Source: Eledone cirrhosa (lineage: Eukaryota). From it: 64,000 bases of DNA. The notes under the pieces are model-generated. The model made no database searches. It saw only the letters and a list, made by a program, of their open reading frames with translations, and had not been told where the DNA came from. The position numbers and the translations under genes were made by a program. Below, in pieces: positions 28,537 through 42,318 of this stretch. The DNA lies in NCBI GenBank assembly GCA_964016885.1, contig OZ024742.1:98022001-98086000 (forward strand), in the 5' to 3' direction. Position 1 is the stretch's first letter; each line of letters begins with the position of its first letter.

Positions 28537-29250
28537 GGAAGATGATTCCATTAGTAGAAATGGGGGAGAGAGTTGTGTGTGTGTGTATATGGGTGTTATG
28601 TGTGTGTGTGGGAGTATGTTAAGGAGGAGAGAATATATATATTTTGTGCGTGTGTATGTGTGTAGGAAAGTGATTTCATTAGTAGAAATGGGGGAGGGAG
28701 TTGTGTGTGGGGGGTGTTATGTGTGTATGGGTGTTATGTTAAGATGAAGAGATGTGTGTGTATTGGTTAGCATGTTAAGATGAAGAGAATATATATTGTG
28801 TGTGTGTGTGTGTATATGTGTATGTGTGTGTAGGTAAATGATTTTTGGCGCGAAATTTATTATACTTATTGACAACCAATCAAATTACTTCTCTAAAAAC
28901 CTGGCATTTCAACCCACTTTTTTCTATATAAAACAAGTAATCTTCCATACACTGGTGGTTTTCCTTGTTTTATTGATGGCACATTGTATCTCTATAGTAT
29001 GTTACCTTTTCAACATATTGTATTTTAAAGAGCTCAGGATTCCTTTTCCTATGAGCAGATTATTGACAGGGAATAACGAGAGTCTATGGCTCCGTTAATT
29101 TATCGTGATATATATATATATAAACAGACCCTCCATCTCAACTCTACTTTTGCAACGCAGAAGAACTGCAAAACTGGTAAAGGAACCTAATAAATATATA
29201 TATATTTTTAAAAAATAAGACTCCAGTTGCATTTTCGATTTCATCTTTTT
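27828..29250. repeat. Long inverted-repeat module with degenerate hammerheads
   Basis: 27828-27953 mirrors 29125-29250; 27985-28082 mirrors 28846-28940; minus 27895-27931 reads tTGAAAA-gcag-aagaa-ctgc-GAAA-ccgg-TA-aagg. Confidence 0.85.
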
Positions 29251-29396
29251 TTCTTTATACTTTCACTCGTTATTTTTCATTTTGATTCCAGTTCCTCAGT
29301 GAAATAACAACCAAACCAGGAACTGGGCATATCAGAGTATTGACAAAATTATACAGCTCAACAACATATGTACTTGTCTATACCACACTAATTCGG

Positions 29397-29451
29397 ACTG
29401 CCTGAAGAGGTCACAGCCAAATATGACTGTCACCGAAATATATATAGCAGT
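29397..29451 (+). ncRNA. Type I hammerhead ribozyme
   Basis: actgc-CTGAAGA-ggtcacagcc-aaatat-gactgtcacc-GAAA-tatataTA-gcagt; helices I and II plus a palindromic helix III region. Confidence 0.85.
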
Positions 29452-29723
29452 AATAAACGAAGCTAAATTTTAAACATTTGACTTATTTATTTTACTTTAT
29501 TTTACATTACTCCGGAGTAACCAAACCAACCTGCGCACCACGTCGAGAGATTCAGTCTGCATATTGAGGTGTTGGTATACAACCAACATATACTCAAAAT
29601 CTATATATATATGCAACGTTTTTGGAATTTTCCACTTCTGCGTTTACAGATTGACTTTGTTAGTTTCAGAAGATCCCGTTAAGGGTGAAAGCAGCGATTC
29701 TTTGCTTAAACTTTAATCTGTTA

Positions 29724-29773
<50 letters not shown>

Positions 29774-29971
29774 GGAGGTGAGTAATATTGTAGAACACTA
29801 AAACAATGCATATATCCGATTTTTCCAATCTTTCTTTTTTCCTCTCTTCTATTTCTTTTTCCTTTTTCCTTCTCCTTTTTCCTATTTTTTTCTTTTCTCT
29901 TATATTTTCGTCATATGTAGACTGGACACTTTCTTGTTCACAAGTGTTTTAGGTCTCATATCATATTACCT

Positions 29972-30041
29972 TATTTTATCTGATGAGAACAAAATTGTTG
30001 TCCCATGATGATGTTGTTTTCGAAATGCGCATAATAAAATA
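29972..30041 (+). ncRNA. Type I hammerhead ribozyme
   Basis: tattttat-CTGATGA-gaacaaaattgttg-tccca-tgatgatgttgttttc-GAAA-tgcgcaTA-ataaaata; perfect 8-bp helix I. Confidence 0.85.
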
Positions 30042-30410
30042 TATGGAACTTTTTTAACCATCTTTTAATTTCTTCTGTATATATATATATATCACGATAC
30101 ATTGGATGATGTGTTATGTCTTTATTAAGTTTATTGAGTAGTGGCGCGCGTTTTGCTCTTGATCACCTCAAGGTTTTATATGTATCGATCTAGCCAGACT
30201 CTGGAATCTAAAGCTCGTCATTACGACAGCAGAGATCCGAGGAACTTCTGATTCCAGAGCCGGACTAGAACGATATATATATATACTCACATACGCACAT
30301 ACTTATGAACGCCGTGATACGTATACAAACATACGGCATGTAAGTAAACACATGCCTACACACAGGCATGCATATATACATAGAGATATGAATATATATA
30401 TATTTATATA

Positions 30411-30457
<47 letters not shown>

Positions 30458-31059
30458 CTATGTTTATCAGTGGACCCGTGCTGTCAATAATGACGTTTGT
30501 AATACATGGAATCCATGTAATCCATGGAATCCATATATTACAATAATCAGAGCAACTAGGTAATTTGCGTTGTAATAAATTAGTGATTTGCATGAAATAA
30601 ATATTATAGTTTATGTTAAATAATATGTCACTTGGAAGTAATTAAAGATTGGACTGATATTTTGATATTTATTTTCAAGATACAATTGCACAAACGTTCA
30701 GCATATATGTACAAATGGTTATTTACAGCGTGAAAAGTAGTATTAGATCCCAAGACCTTGAGATTGGCAAATGAACTACACATTTTAGTTCCAGAAATGA
30801 TAGGGGAAATGATTTCTGTGTATGTGGTTATGTTTGTGAGTGCAAATTTTAAAGAATTATGCATATACATATAAACAGATTTAAACCTGAGTATCTTTCT
30901 ATCGAACTATTTGTATATATTACAAAATAACGTTGAAGTTTCGTTTACATATATTTAGATTGCTATTGTGTATCCACCGCTTACGTGCGTTTCGCGTAAC
31001 AGGTCATTAACATGTCAACGAAACGTCATCGACTTTTTGATATATACATTCTGCCTGTA

Positions 31060-31807
31060 CATAGAGTACTTGTTTTCGTACCACCACCAGTAATTCACCA
31101 AATCACCTAAACTCCCTTGGAGCAGATGAGTAGCAGTGTTATTATTGCATGGATAGTCTCTTTGTCTCCGGAGACAAAGTTAACATCAATCTTTTTTTTT
31201 GATGAAGCAACACTCATCCTGGTTTAGAAAACGCTGGATCTGCCTAAACAATGTAAGAATTTCCTGTGAGATAATCAGCTTGGTGAACTTTTGATCAGAT
31301 AACTGAAGTCGTTGCAACCTCCGAGCAAAAACCGACGTCGCGCCAAGTTCATTGTGCAAAATATTCTCAAATTTCTCGCGGGTTATGCTAATGTTATTTG
31401 ATTTATACTCAATCGCCTGTCATCCATCACCATGCTGTACACACGTACAATGTTTTCCTCGGTGGTGGAAGTAACAAGACGTTCAGACTTAGACTCATTT
31501 TCAGGACTCTCCCTCCCACCTAAATTAAGCTGCCCAATTTTGCACTGATGATAAAGCTGGAGCGTCGTTACCTAATGTAGCAAATACGTCGGTATGAATG
31601 TCTTTTCTCTGTAGCTAAATGATAACACCATGATGCCAAATTGTATCTATTTTCAAGAGAATTCACCTGTAGTTACTTTTGAAATCTACTTTGAATAGTC
31701 TGATGTCTGTCTACCTTGAATGAAACAATGCAGCTATTAATAAGAGTTGAAATTTTTGCATGCAGTATTTCGCAGCGCGAGCATCTCTCCTCAGCCAGCC
31801 TACACTC

Positions 31808-31810
<3 letters not shown>
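31060..31810 (-). mobile_element. Decayed mariner (Tc1/mariner) transposon, 5' half
   Basis: DIHTDVFATLGNDAPALSSVQNWAA, TSTTEENIVRVYSMVMDDRRLS, VFARRLQR, FLNQDEC, PETKRLSMQ; TIR-like tacgagtgtaggctg next to (TA)n. Confidence 0.85.
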
Positions 31811-31872
<62 letters not shown>

Positions 31873-31914
31873 TAAATCTACCAATCAATGGTAGGGTCGC
31901 ATTATTTCTGAAGA

Positions 31915-32101
31915 TGGCGGTGGATTGGCAGTATCGGTAGAGGATCGGACGCCATGCTTTGACGTATAGAGTTACGGCCCTTGCCAGTCTGAGTTCAAAT
32001 CCCGCCGAGGTTAACTTTGCCTTTCATCCTTACGGGGTGGATTATATAAAGTACCAGTAATGCACTGAGTAATTGCTGGCCTTGTGTCAATAGTAGAAAC
32101 A
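31915..32101 (+). mobile_element. Young tRNA-derived SINE with 14-bp TSD attatttctgaaga
   Basis: TSD at 31901-31914 and 32102-32115. Confidence 0.92.
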
Positions 32102-32283
32102 ATTATTTCTGAAGACAGCGGGTAGTGAAGACGTATGTATTTTTTCTTACTATGATATTTTGTAATATATTTTACATAGATCAATAATTGAATGGACATA
32201 CGCGGGGCTACCCCCCAGAAACGATCGTAAAATAATGAGTTTTACTTTGAATTAACCTTTTTTTTTGTTTAATTTCATCGTTT

Positions 32284-32379
<96 letters not shown>

Positions 32380-32683
32380 GATGATATTACGACACTTTAT
32401 TTCCGACATATTTTCCAACGCTTCTGACCCCTCTCGCGTCATAAGAGTTATGTCTAACTAATTTAATCACGGATGTGATCTAATCAAGAATGGAAAACCT
32501 TATTAGTCTTCTGAACTTATAATATGTGCCCCGTTGCCCCTTCTATCTGAAAATCGACTGTGATTGTTTTCTCTGAAATGTGTGCTCTGGCTGACATGTA
32601 CCCTTTTCCGGTGAAGCTATGCTGAGACAAATGCTCTCGAGGAATTTTGCGTAACCTTCAAACATTTGTATATATATATATTT

Positions 32684-32796
<113 letters not shown>

Positions 32797-33849
32797 TTGA
32801 CGGAATACTAGTTTCGCCGACTCCACAGACGATCCAATCTGCGATTCAAAATTCGTCTGCAAATAACTGAAATCATTTTTTAAGGTATATTTCTTTTGGT
32901 CATACACAGTAGCTCAACTTATTTTCTATCATATATAAAACACATTGAAATTGGATTATGAAACATGCAATCCTCCTAATTTAGGATGCACGGTACATAT
33001 TCGATGCCTATTTTAGAATAAACCGTAGCATCTTCGTCGCCGGTAAATACATTAATCTATAAATGCAGTGAATACCCATTAAAACTCTTAAATATATATA
33101 TGACTGTGGAGGTAGGCATAACCAAATTTTTCAGACGTTCGCCATGCAATTATGCAATCTCGAGGATACATCACATATACATAATTTGCAGGAACATTCA
33201 AATTCTGCCATAAATTATTTTCACAATATGTGCAACTATATGAAACAAAATATTTTTACTTTCCATTAATAGAACCTAATATTCTGATGTAGTCTTAAGG
33301 GCTTCATCATGACATATAAAACCTGCAGAGACCATCCTTCTCCAGGTATGATCTCATTCCGATTTCTTCCAGAAGAAAGAGATTGTGAAACAGATAGAAA
33401 GGTGAGATAGTGAAAAATCAATCCCAGTAATGTTCACGTACATCATTTATTGACGGCAAAAGAATGAAAGGCAGTAGTGACTTCTGTGGAATTAGCACCC
33501 AGAGCAAATAAACAGTAAGAATACCACAAATCATTCTAACATACATTACTATTTAGATATGTTAATCAACGATATGACTATATATATTCTCCTCTGCTTT
33601 CATTTATTTTTATACATATTCTTACATATAATTAATACTTCTAAACTTCTTGAATAGAGCAATACCATTCACTTTCAACACTCACCTGGGGTATCATTTA
33701 TTAATTGACTGTATTGGATATCACTTCGTTTTTCATAAGTGAAATTGTTCCTCATCGGAATCAATATTTCTACTCTTCTCTTCTTCTGCATCTCTATTGA
33801 GTTACAATCCACATGCACATATATGAACCACGCGCACATATATCAACCA

Positions 33850-33927
<78 letters not shown>

Positions 33928-34591
33928 TATTATCTACTGGTATACATTGTATTATATATTGTTGTTATCTCATTTATGTCTGCAAATTGTCTGCTTTATT
34001 CCATATTCTTTTCTTATAAATCTAATTTCCTCCGGCTTATTCAATTATAAGTTGTTTTTTTAACTTTCTACTTTGATTTTGCTTTTATTGTCTTCGGTTT
34101 TTACTGCTTTCACCAATTTTCTTTTTAATTATCCTTTTAATATATTTTCATTAATCATTTCCTGTTGATGCTCTTATGTGATACTTCAGAAGAGATCAAT
34201 ACATGCACCTATACTTGTGTTTTAGTAATCCATTGTATTTCTCCTTTCTATTTTCATTGTTATGTATATACACACGCGCAACTACATTCACATTCATACA
34301 CACACACACACACACGTACAAACACACACGCACACACGCACGCACACACACACGCCCCCCCCCCCCACACATATATATAGAGAGAGATAATTCTGAGTTG
34401 ATAAACCAACATTAAGGCGTTCAGATACATTTTTATACCCCAAATGTGGTTTATATTATATCCAAAATAACGAGAGATACTTCAGAGTTAAATCCAGTTA
34501 GTAAACTTTCGGTTATCTTAGATTTAATTCCCAGAGCATATATTAACAAAGAAATAAGTCATCAAGTTCAACAGTTAATACATCAATTATT

Positions 34592-35176
34592 TGATCTGCA
34601 TGTGTTTCAGTCCCTTTGGATATTACTCACAATATACTCATAAAGAAATAGTTAGGATCAATTATATATTTAACATATTAAAAAGATTTTAATTACCGAC
34701 GAGGTATTCCTTAACCACATGCTTCAGGCGTAAATTGTAAACAAAGATTTTTCGAAGGTTATGGAAGGTTAGAATTGCCAGAATTATTTAACGGTAATTT
34801 TAAATGTAGATGTTCTACATGATATTTCCAGCAGTTCTATTGTGATGTTAATTTAAGCTATGTCTGTCATTATTGCAACTATATTTAGTATTTACTGAAA
34901 TTATTAGCAAATTTCACCTCGGTACATAGTTATTTGAGCGTTAATGTTATAAGGACTAAGGAAGCAAGTAATAGCTAAAAATACCTAGGGTTTATCAGCT
35001 TTTGTTTTATCAGGTTAGCCTTATGTACCATTTTGATTTACTAATAAATGAAGCCACGAACTATTCCTATTCGTTTCTGTAGCCAAAGCATAAATGTATG
35101 GATGCCCACGCCCATACACGCATAAATATACGTACATACATATCTACACACGCACACATATCTACACACATATACC

Positions 35177-35235
<59 letters not shown>

Positions 35236-35238
35236 AAT

Positions 35239-35306
<68 letters not shown>

Positions 35307-36340
35307 TTGTGTGTGTTTGTGTGTGTCTATATATTTACAGGTTTTATGCTCATAAAAGCGTACAAACGTCTATCTATATATAAGAATGCCCGTTGCACCT
35401 ACATTTACATCCACACATGCATATTTGCATGTACGCATATAAACATATATACACGATGTCTGCAACTCGATTTCAAGTAATTCCATCGCGTGTTACTTAA
35501 GCGTGAGCATCACGGACGGGGCTTTCTAGTCCTGCTAGAGACATGCCGATGTCCAGCAATGCGTTGAATCGCAAAATCATGTCACTTATCAAGCCATGCC
35601 TGTGATTGAAGCTTGTTTACATGAGAAAAGGCGTTACACAGAGCCAATCCCATTCTCTGAAATCGAATGCATTTACCTCAAATGAGGAATTGGTTTACAT
35701 CATCGGATGTAAAAGAACGTTTCATATCAGAGTGACATTCCCCTGACATTAATGAAAACTAGGAGTCTCTCGCACCTCAAAAAAAAAAATAATAATAATT
35801 TATTGGATGGTCGTTGACTCTCTTGACTTCCTCTACCCCTTGACAGGTTTTGTTTTTTTATCCCACAGGGTGTCCAAAATCACGTCCTCACCACACAAGC
35901 TTCGTGGGGTTGTTGGTTTCGTCGTCGACGACCGCCCATGCACAGGTTGTGCTCGTTTACATGTTACCAAAAGCGCTTAAGAGCGACCTGACATATATAT
36001 GTATATATACACATACATAAATATAGTCATATACATGCACATATTCACGTACATAACACACATATACATCTATAAAAACACATACGTATCAATATACAAG
36101 TATATATATACTCACACACACACATACACACACGTATATATATATAACTATATATATATATATATATAACATTCAAAAAATCTTTGTTTACAATTTACGC
36201 CTGAAGCATGTGATTAAGGAATACATCGTTGGTAATTAACAACTTTTTAATATGTTATATATATAATTGATCCTGACTATCTCTTTATGAGTATATTGTG
36301 AGTAATATCCAAAGGGACTAAAATACATGCACATCAAATA
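34592..36340. repeat. About 165-bp inverted repeat (34592-34756 / 36171-36340)
   Basis: Direct reverse-complement match with few mismatches. Confidence 0.9.
35520..35992 (-). mobile_element. Interspersed repeat related to 16740-16922 (RTE 5'-UTR-like)
   Basis: Shared tgtccaaa.tcac..cctcacc...gtggggttg...acaggttgt...acatgttacca...gacctgac; 5' coordinate approximate. Confidence 0.6.
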
Positions 36341-36677
36341 TAGGTGTATTTTTTCAAACTGTCAGTTATTTCGTTACTTTGGTATTGTGTGTTAGATTTT
36401 GCCTGCCACAATGTTCAATTTGTCAAGCTATTTAAACGTATGTTATTACTCTCAGGACCTACCCTTGTCGAGTGCTTTGTTAACTCATTCATATCGTAGG
36501 TCGAATTTGCTTCCACACCGCCAAAGATTCGATTTTACTAAGCCTCCAATTATATATATATATATATACTTGAGGGCGGCCGACCGAAGTAGATGCTGCT
36601 AGATGTTCGGTCGCCCTCATGTCTCTGATTTTCAGCCCCATGGATTTTGTCTATTATATTGCTTTGTTATATTTCGA

Positions 36678-36735
36678 ATACCTGAGGATGTCCCCGGATT
36701 CATATTGAACTCGGTCATTGAAATGATCATAGTAT
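36678..36735 (+). ncRNA. Type I hammerhead ribozyme
   Basis: atac-CTGAGGA-tgtccccggattca-tat-tgaactcggtcatt-GAAA-tgatcaTA-gtat. Confidence 0.7.
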
Positions 36736-37002
36736 AATAAACCTTTTAAGGAATTACACCTCTCCAGCCTCCTGTTATTTTATAATAATTAACTCCGTAC
36801 TCGCACCACCAACTACACAAACGAAGACGGATGAGTTGCATTACGTTGAGTGCACTCCATAATATTACATCGAGATTGACCATACGGAATGACCAGTTCT
36901 GTGGTGAACCAACAAACCTAAATAAATATATATATATATATATATTTTATGAAATAAAGTAAAATAAATAAATCAAATGTTTAAAATTTAGCTTCGTTTA
37001 TT

Positions 37003-37057
37003 ACTGCTATATATATTTCGGTGACAGCCATCTTTGGCTGTGACCTCTTCAGGCAGT
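37003..37057 (-). ncRNA. Type I hammerhead ribozyme (best-preserved copy of the 29397 family)
   Basis: actgc-CTGAAGA-ggt-c-acagcca-aaga-tggctgt-c-acc-GAAA-tatataTA-gcagt. Confidence 0.88.
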
Positions 37058-37592
37058 CCGAATTAGTGTGGTATAGACAAGTACATATGTTGTTGGGGTG
37101 TTTAATTTTGTCAATACTCTGATATGCCCAGTTCCTGGTTGGGTTGTTATTTCACTGAGGAACTGGAATCATAATTTTATCATTATTTTACATTACTCCG
37201 GAGTAACCAAACCAACCTGCGCACTTCGTCGAGTGCTCCAGCCTGCATACTGAGGTGTTGTATACAACCAACATATGCTCAATATATATATATTATTATA
37301 TATCAATTTTATTATTATTACTATATATATATATATATATATCAAAGTTATATATTGAGTTAGGAACTCAAAATGGTCTCTTACAACAAATTAGCACTAA
37401 GAAAGAGATATTTCTGAGCCGTATATTATAATAGAATATAAAAGAAAAACGAACAGACATATACATATATGTGTTAAAATCGTAAGGGACCAGATTCGCT
37501 AAGGTAAAAAGAATACTAACTATAGACAATTGTGTTTGCTTGTCTCAATTTAAGATTTCAACACATATATGTATATGTCTGTGTTCGTTTTC

Positions 37593-37653
<61 letters not shown>

Positions 37654-38654
37654 TTATATATAAATACATACCGTATACACATGTTCGCACATATGTACCT
37701 ACAGATGTACAACCCAACCATATTATCCACACGTATCCATACCTAAAACTTAATGTAGCACAATTTGTATATATTTTTTAACCATTTTTTCAACGTACTA
37801 ATATGTGCATATATCTGCATACACCAAACCCACTTATATGTACGCATATAAATATATATATAGACATATAAATATAGTTACTTAACATTTGTTATTCGTA
37901 AGAAAATATCATATAAAATCTCATGGTTTAGTCACATATTCTAGAGATTTCTTCAGAACTATTTTCTAACTTCTGTTTTTTATGACAAACCCTTCCTTTT
38001 AAATTTAATGTTTTGAATGCTTATTTTATCCCAAGGACTCTATGAATTCCTTTAATCAACATTTTAAGTTTATTTCATTATATGACATGATATGAGCATA
38101 GCTATGTTAATTAATGTATTAGCTGAAACCATGTAGTGAATTCTCAAAGTTACTCTATTTAAACGCCTTCTTTCTCTCTCCCACACTTTCTCTTTTTCGC
38201 TGCAGTATTTATATGACTTTAATCTTATTGGCGGTTTTCCCATCTGTTACAATCCATCATTTCTATAGTAATATTAAACAGACATATGCCTTGCCTAAAC
38301 ATACATAGATACATGATTCAATATTGGTATAATGTACTGCTAAACATATTGATACGTATTGTAATTTTTGTTTTAAATTGATGTAATTTAAATAAGATTT
38401 TGAGATCTATTAGTTAAATAAAGATGCATGTATGGTCTAGTTGTTCAGAAGTGCAATCAGTCCATCGGTTTGAACCCACATATTGCCAGCTTGGGCAACT
38501 AATTGTCTATATCAGAGCTAACAAAATATTTGTGAATCAAATTTGTTGAAAAAATGCTCGGAAGGTTGTTGTATTCCAGTAATTCAACTTGTCACACATA
38601 TATAGTGAGCAAGGGATTAAAAAAACATTACAAAAAGACAAGATAATGTATGTT

Positions 38655-38693
38655 CTATTTAACGTTTCGGGTCACGCCTTTCTTCAGGAATAG
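38655..38693 (-). ncRNA. Minimal hammerhead ribozyme
   Basis: ctattc-CTGAAGA-aagg-cgtga-ccc-GAAA-cgtTA-aatag; AACGTT palindrome. Confidence 0.7.
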
Positions 38694-39613
38694 GCAACAA
38701 AATAATGGAAAAATAGAGAAACAGTAGGAACAAAAAAAAAAAGAAAATGAGAGAGAAATAAATCATGTGTTAGTGTGTATTTGCATAATTGTTTCAAAGA
38801 CTGAAAAGCGTTGTAAACTATACATACATATATACATATGCATACATATATATATATATATGTATGTATAGTTTACAACGCTCCCCAATTTCTCTAATAC
38901 CCCGTCCATTATCACACGCCTAGATTCCTATCGCTTTCTCTTTTCTCATAGCTTCGTACTTACATGCACACACACTCGTTTACATACATATACACACATA
39001 TCTCTTCTTAGCTTCGTACGGACCTATAATAACCCCCCCCCCCCCACACACACACATACATACACACACACGCACTCATCCTTACGCACGTGTTCAAATA
39101 TAGCTCTTTTTACAAGACGTTTTTTTTCCATTTCAGGTAGACGCGTTCCATCATCCACTTTTCTAAAAAAACAAATCATACACAAAACGCCAGCACCAAC
39201 AATTTTGCAAGAGATGTCAACATGAATGGCCCTATTATTTTTATCTAAAGTCATTTTTTCCAATTCATCCCACCCGTCTATATATATATATATATAAAGT
39301 GGCCAGCTTGCCAGGTTACCAGGTTGCCCAATGGCAAGTTGGGCCTCATGGGGCCCACAGTAGCATTTGAAGAGTCGATACTAGCATTGCAAGGCCCTCT
39401 GTAGTATTTTATGGGCACTTTGCTTTAAAAAAATACCTGATATCTAAGAGAAAGAATAAAATAAAAAAAATAATAAATAAAACAATTAAGCAAAGCATTT
39501 GTTCGACCAATTCCTCAGGGAATTACTAGAAACCAAAATGTAAGATAGTTCAAATAGCTGGAATCATTGGTTGTACATTCTAATAAATTTAAAGATTAGT
39601 GTATTCACTCATG

Positions 39614-39656
<43 letters not shown>

Positions 39657-39754
39657 TTGCACACGAACTACTGACCAAATAATAGTTTTTATCAACTGGC
39701 TAAAGACATCTGTCTCAAATCAATTAGTGGTGAAGGTGGTGTATATATACACAA

Positions 39755-39808
<54 letters not shown>

Positions 39809-39829
39809 TGAATGAGTGTGAAAGACCAA

Positions 39830-40270
39830 AGATCATTATTGAAAGTCTCTGGGTTTCGCAAAATACATAATATTATTTATTGAAGAAGCTAAAGTACCAG
39901 TAATGCACTGGATACTTGCTGGCCTTGTTCCAGAAGTAGAAACCATGCTTTGACGCATAGAGTTACGGCCCTTGCCATTCTGAGTTCAAATTCCGCCGAG
40001 GTTAACTTTGCTTTTCATCCCTACGGGGTCGATAAAAAAAGTACCAGTAATGCACTGGGAATTTGCTGGCCTTGTGCCAAAAGTAGAAACAATTGTTTAT
40101 TGACGAAGATAAGATACAAGGTTAGAAATTTGATTGCACTGTTTTGTTTCCACCTATATAATTTTTGAAAATGTTATTTATTCATTATAGAAATTAAATG
40201 ATAGAATTCTATATGTAGGTGAGCCCACTTCATCTGCCAACTAATATTTTTAGACCTAGTACGCAACTGT
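39830..40270 (+). mobile_element. Putative DNA-transposon end (second copy at 41860-42078) interrupted by a SINE (39890-40096)
   Basis: About 220 bp shared with 41860-42078, which ends ...ccgccactg|ta; the SINE is present only in this copy. Confidence 0.6.
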
Positions 40271-40340
40271 ATATATATATATAAGGCTCTGATACCATCA
40301 ACACCATAATCACCGAGCTGGCATATCTAAGAACTGACTA

Positions 40341-40396
40341 ACTGCCTGATGAGGTCATAGCCATTCAATAGCTATCATCGAAATATATATAGCAGT
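40341..40396 (+). ncRNA. Type I hammerhead ribozyme
   Basis: actgc-CTGATGA-ggt-c-atagc-cattcaata-gctat-c-atc-GAAA-tatataTA-gcagt. Confidence 0.85.
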
Positions 40397-40521
40397 AAAT
40401 AAAGGATTATGAGTTCATGCAATTGACTTATGTTTCGTCAATATATATATATATATATATATATATATCGTTTCTGAATTTGTTTAGCAAGATTCTTTAT
40501 CTGAAAACGTGTGTGAAACCG

Positions 40522-41152
40522 ATATTGTTATACTTTGGGAGGATCATGTTGCCAATAAGAAACACAAGCACCAGTTGCTTTCACTTCAATTTATTATATT
40601 AAATTTATAAATTAAGGAATTTATAAATTTCCGGTTGGTTGGTTGGTTCCACAACCAGACGATTGTTCATATATTGTCAAAGTTCTTTCGTTATACATTC
40701 TGTGACCTCTTCAGAAAGCATGAATGGAATAACAGCATCACAACTTACAATTAAGGACAAAATGACAACACACACACACATAGAACAAACAACCAACCAG
40801 TAACATGTAAATAAACAAATAAATATACAAATATAAACACACACAGACACCCGGATGTAACACATGCGCAAATTAAGCACACAACACACACACAAACAAG
40901 ATGGCGTAGGACAGAACAAAGGAGAGGCACAAACACAAAGAAAATAATCCCCAGTCACTGAAGAGGTCACATAATGTGTGACGAAAGAACTTTGACAATA
41001 TATGAACAATCATCTAGTTGTGGAACCAACCAAGCAACCGGAAATTTAAAAATTTCTAAATTTCTAAATTTAATTTATAATAAATTGAAGTGAAAGTAAC
41101 TGGTGCGTGTGTTTCTTATTGGCAACATGACCCTCCCAAAGTATAACAATAT
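40522..41152. repeat. About 190-bp-arm inverted repeat with hammerheads at the inner ends (40676-40714 minus, 40954-40996 plus)
   Basis: gtca-CTGAAGA-g-gtcacat-aat-gtgtgac-GAAA-gaactt-tgac. Confidence 0.88.
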
Positions 41153-41419
41153 ATATATATATATATATATATAATGCCAATCATTGAAAACTTGAATCTA
41201 ACTGACATATATCGGAACAATAGTAGATTCAAATATCACCGAGAGAAAGACAGAGAAAGACAGAGCGAGAGAGAGACAGAGTGAGAGAGAGAGAAAGAGA
41301 GGGGGCGAGAGGAGGGAGAGAAATGAGGTGGAACAGAAATGAAACATGGATTACAGGTTAAAATGTAGTCTAGATAAATGAGAAACAAAAGCAGGATGTA
41401 GTTTATGGAACACCTAAAT

Positions 41420-41862
41420 AATTTAGAAGTCGACCTTAAGTAGGAACAATAACATTAAGAAAGACATGAACGACATCATTTTGTTTTGAAAATTTTGAAA
41501 GTAGCCTTATAAGTATGAATTTTCATAAGGTTTTTGTAGTTGTCTCTGTGGCCTAGCAGTAAGTGCTAGAGACGGTGGATATCCTGACTTTGGGTTCAAT
41601 CCTGGTCAAGTTGTACGTGTAAACCTTTTTCAGTTTTTATTTTACAACAAACAGAAAACAAATGAGAAGGTTTTACGGGAACCTTACTCCGCACCAGGAT
41701 CGAACTTCAGACCAGGATCGAACTTCAGGCCAACGAGACAGCTACAAATGTATAACGAAAACTGATAATTATAAACCTACTTACAAAATTAAAGTTAAAA
41801 AGCTGTGGTGTCATCCATAGCTTTCCTAGAGCAATTAGTAATATTTAGTGTCGACTTCTGAT
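41420..41862. repeat. Old fold-back (about 440 bp) with tRNA-like A/B boxes in the arms
   Basis: agaagtcgac/gtcgacttct; tttgtagttgtctctgtggcc/ggccaacgagacagctacaaa; ggttcaatcctggt/accaggatcgaac. Confidence 0.65.
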
Positions 41863-42247
41863 CATTATTGAAACTCTCTGGATTTCGCTAAACACATTTT
41901 TTTTTATTGAATAAAGTAAGATATTTTTCCGCAAAAATGTGATTGCACTGTTTTGTTTCCACTTATGTATTTTTCGAAAATGTTATTTATTCATTATAAA
42001 AATTAAATGATAGCATTTTATATGTTGGTGGGCCTCCTTCATCAACTGGCAATATTTTTAGACCCACTCCGCCACTGTATATATTTGACAACAGCTGGGG
42101 ATATGCATGTAAGTAAATATTCTCCTTATTTGATATTTTGTAACTAACCTTACATATATCGATAATGAGGTATAATTACGATGTATTATCATCACCTAGA
42201 AACGATCGTAAAGCAGTGAAGTATATTGTTTTAACACATACACAAAC

Positions 42248-42318
<71 letters not shown>

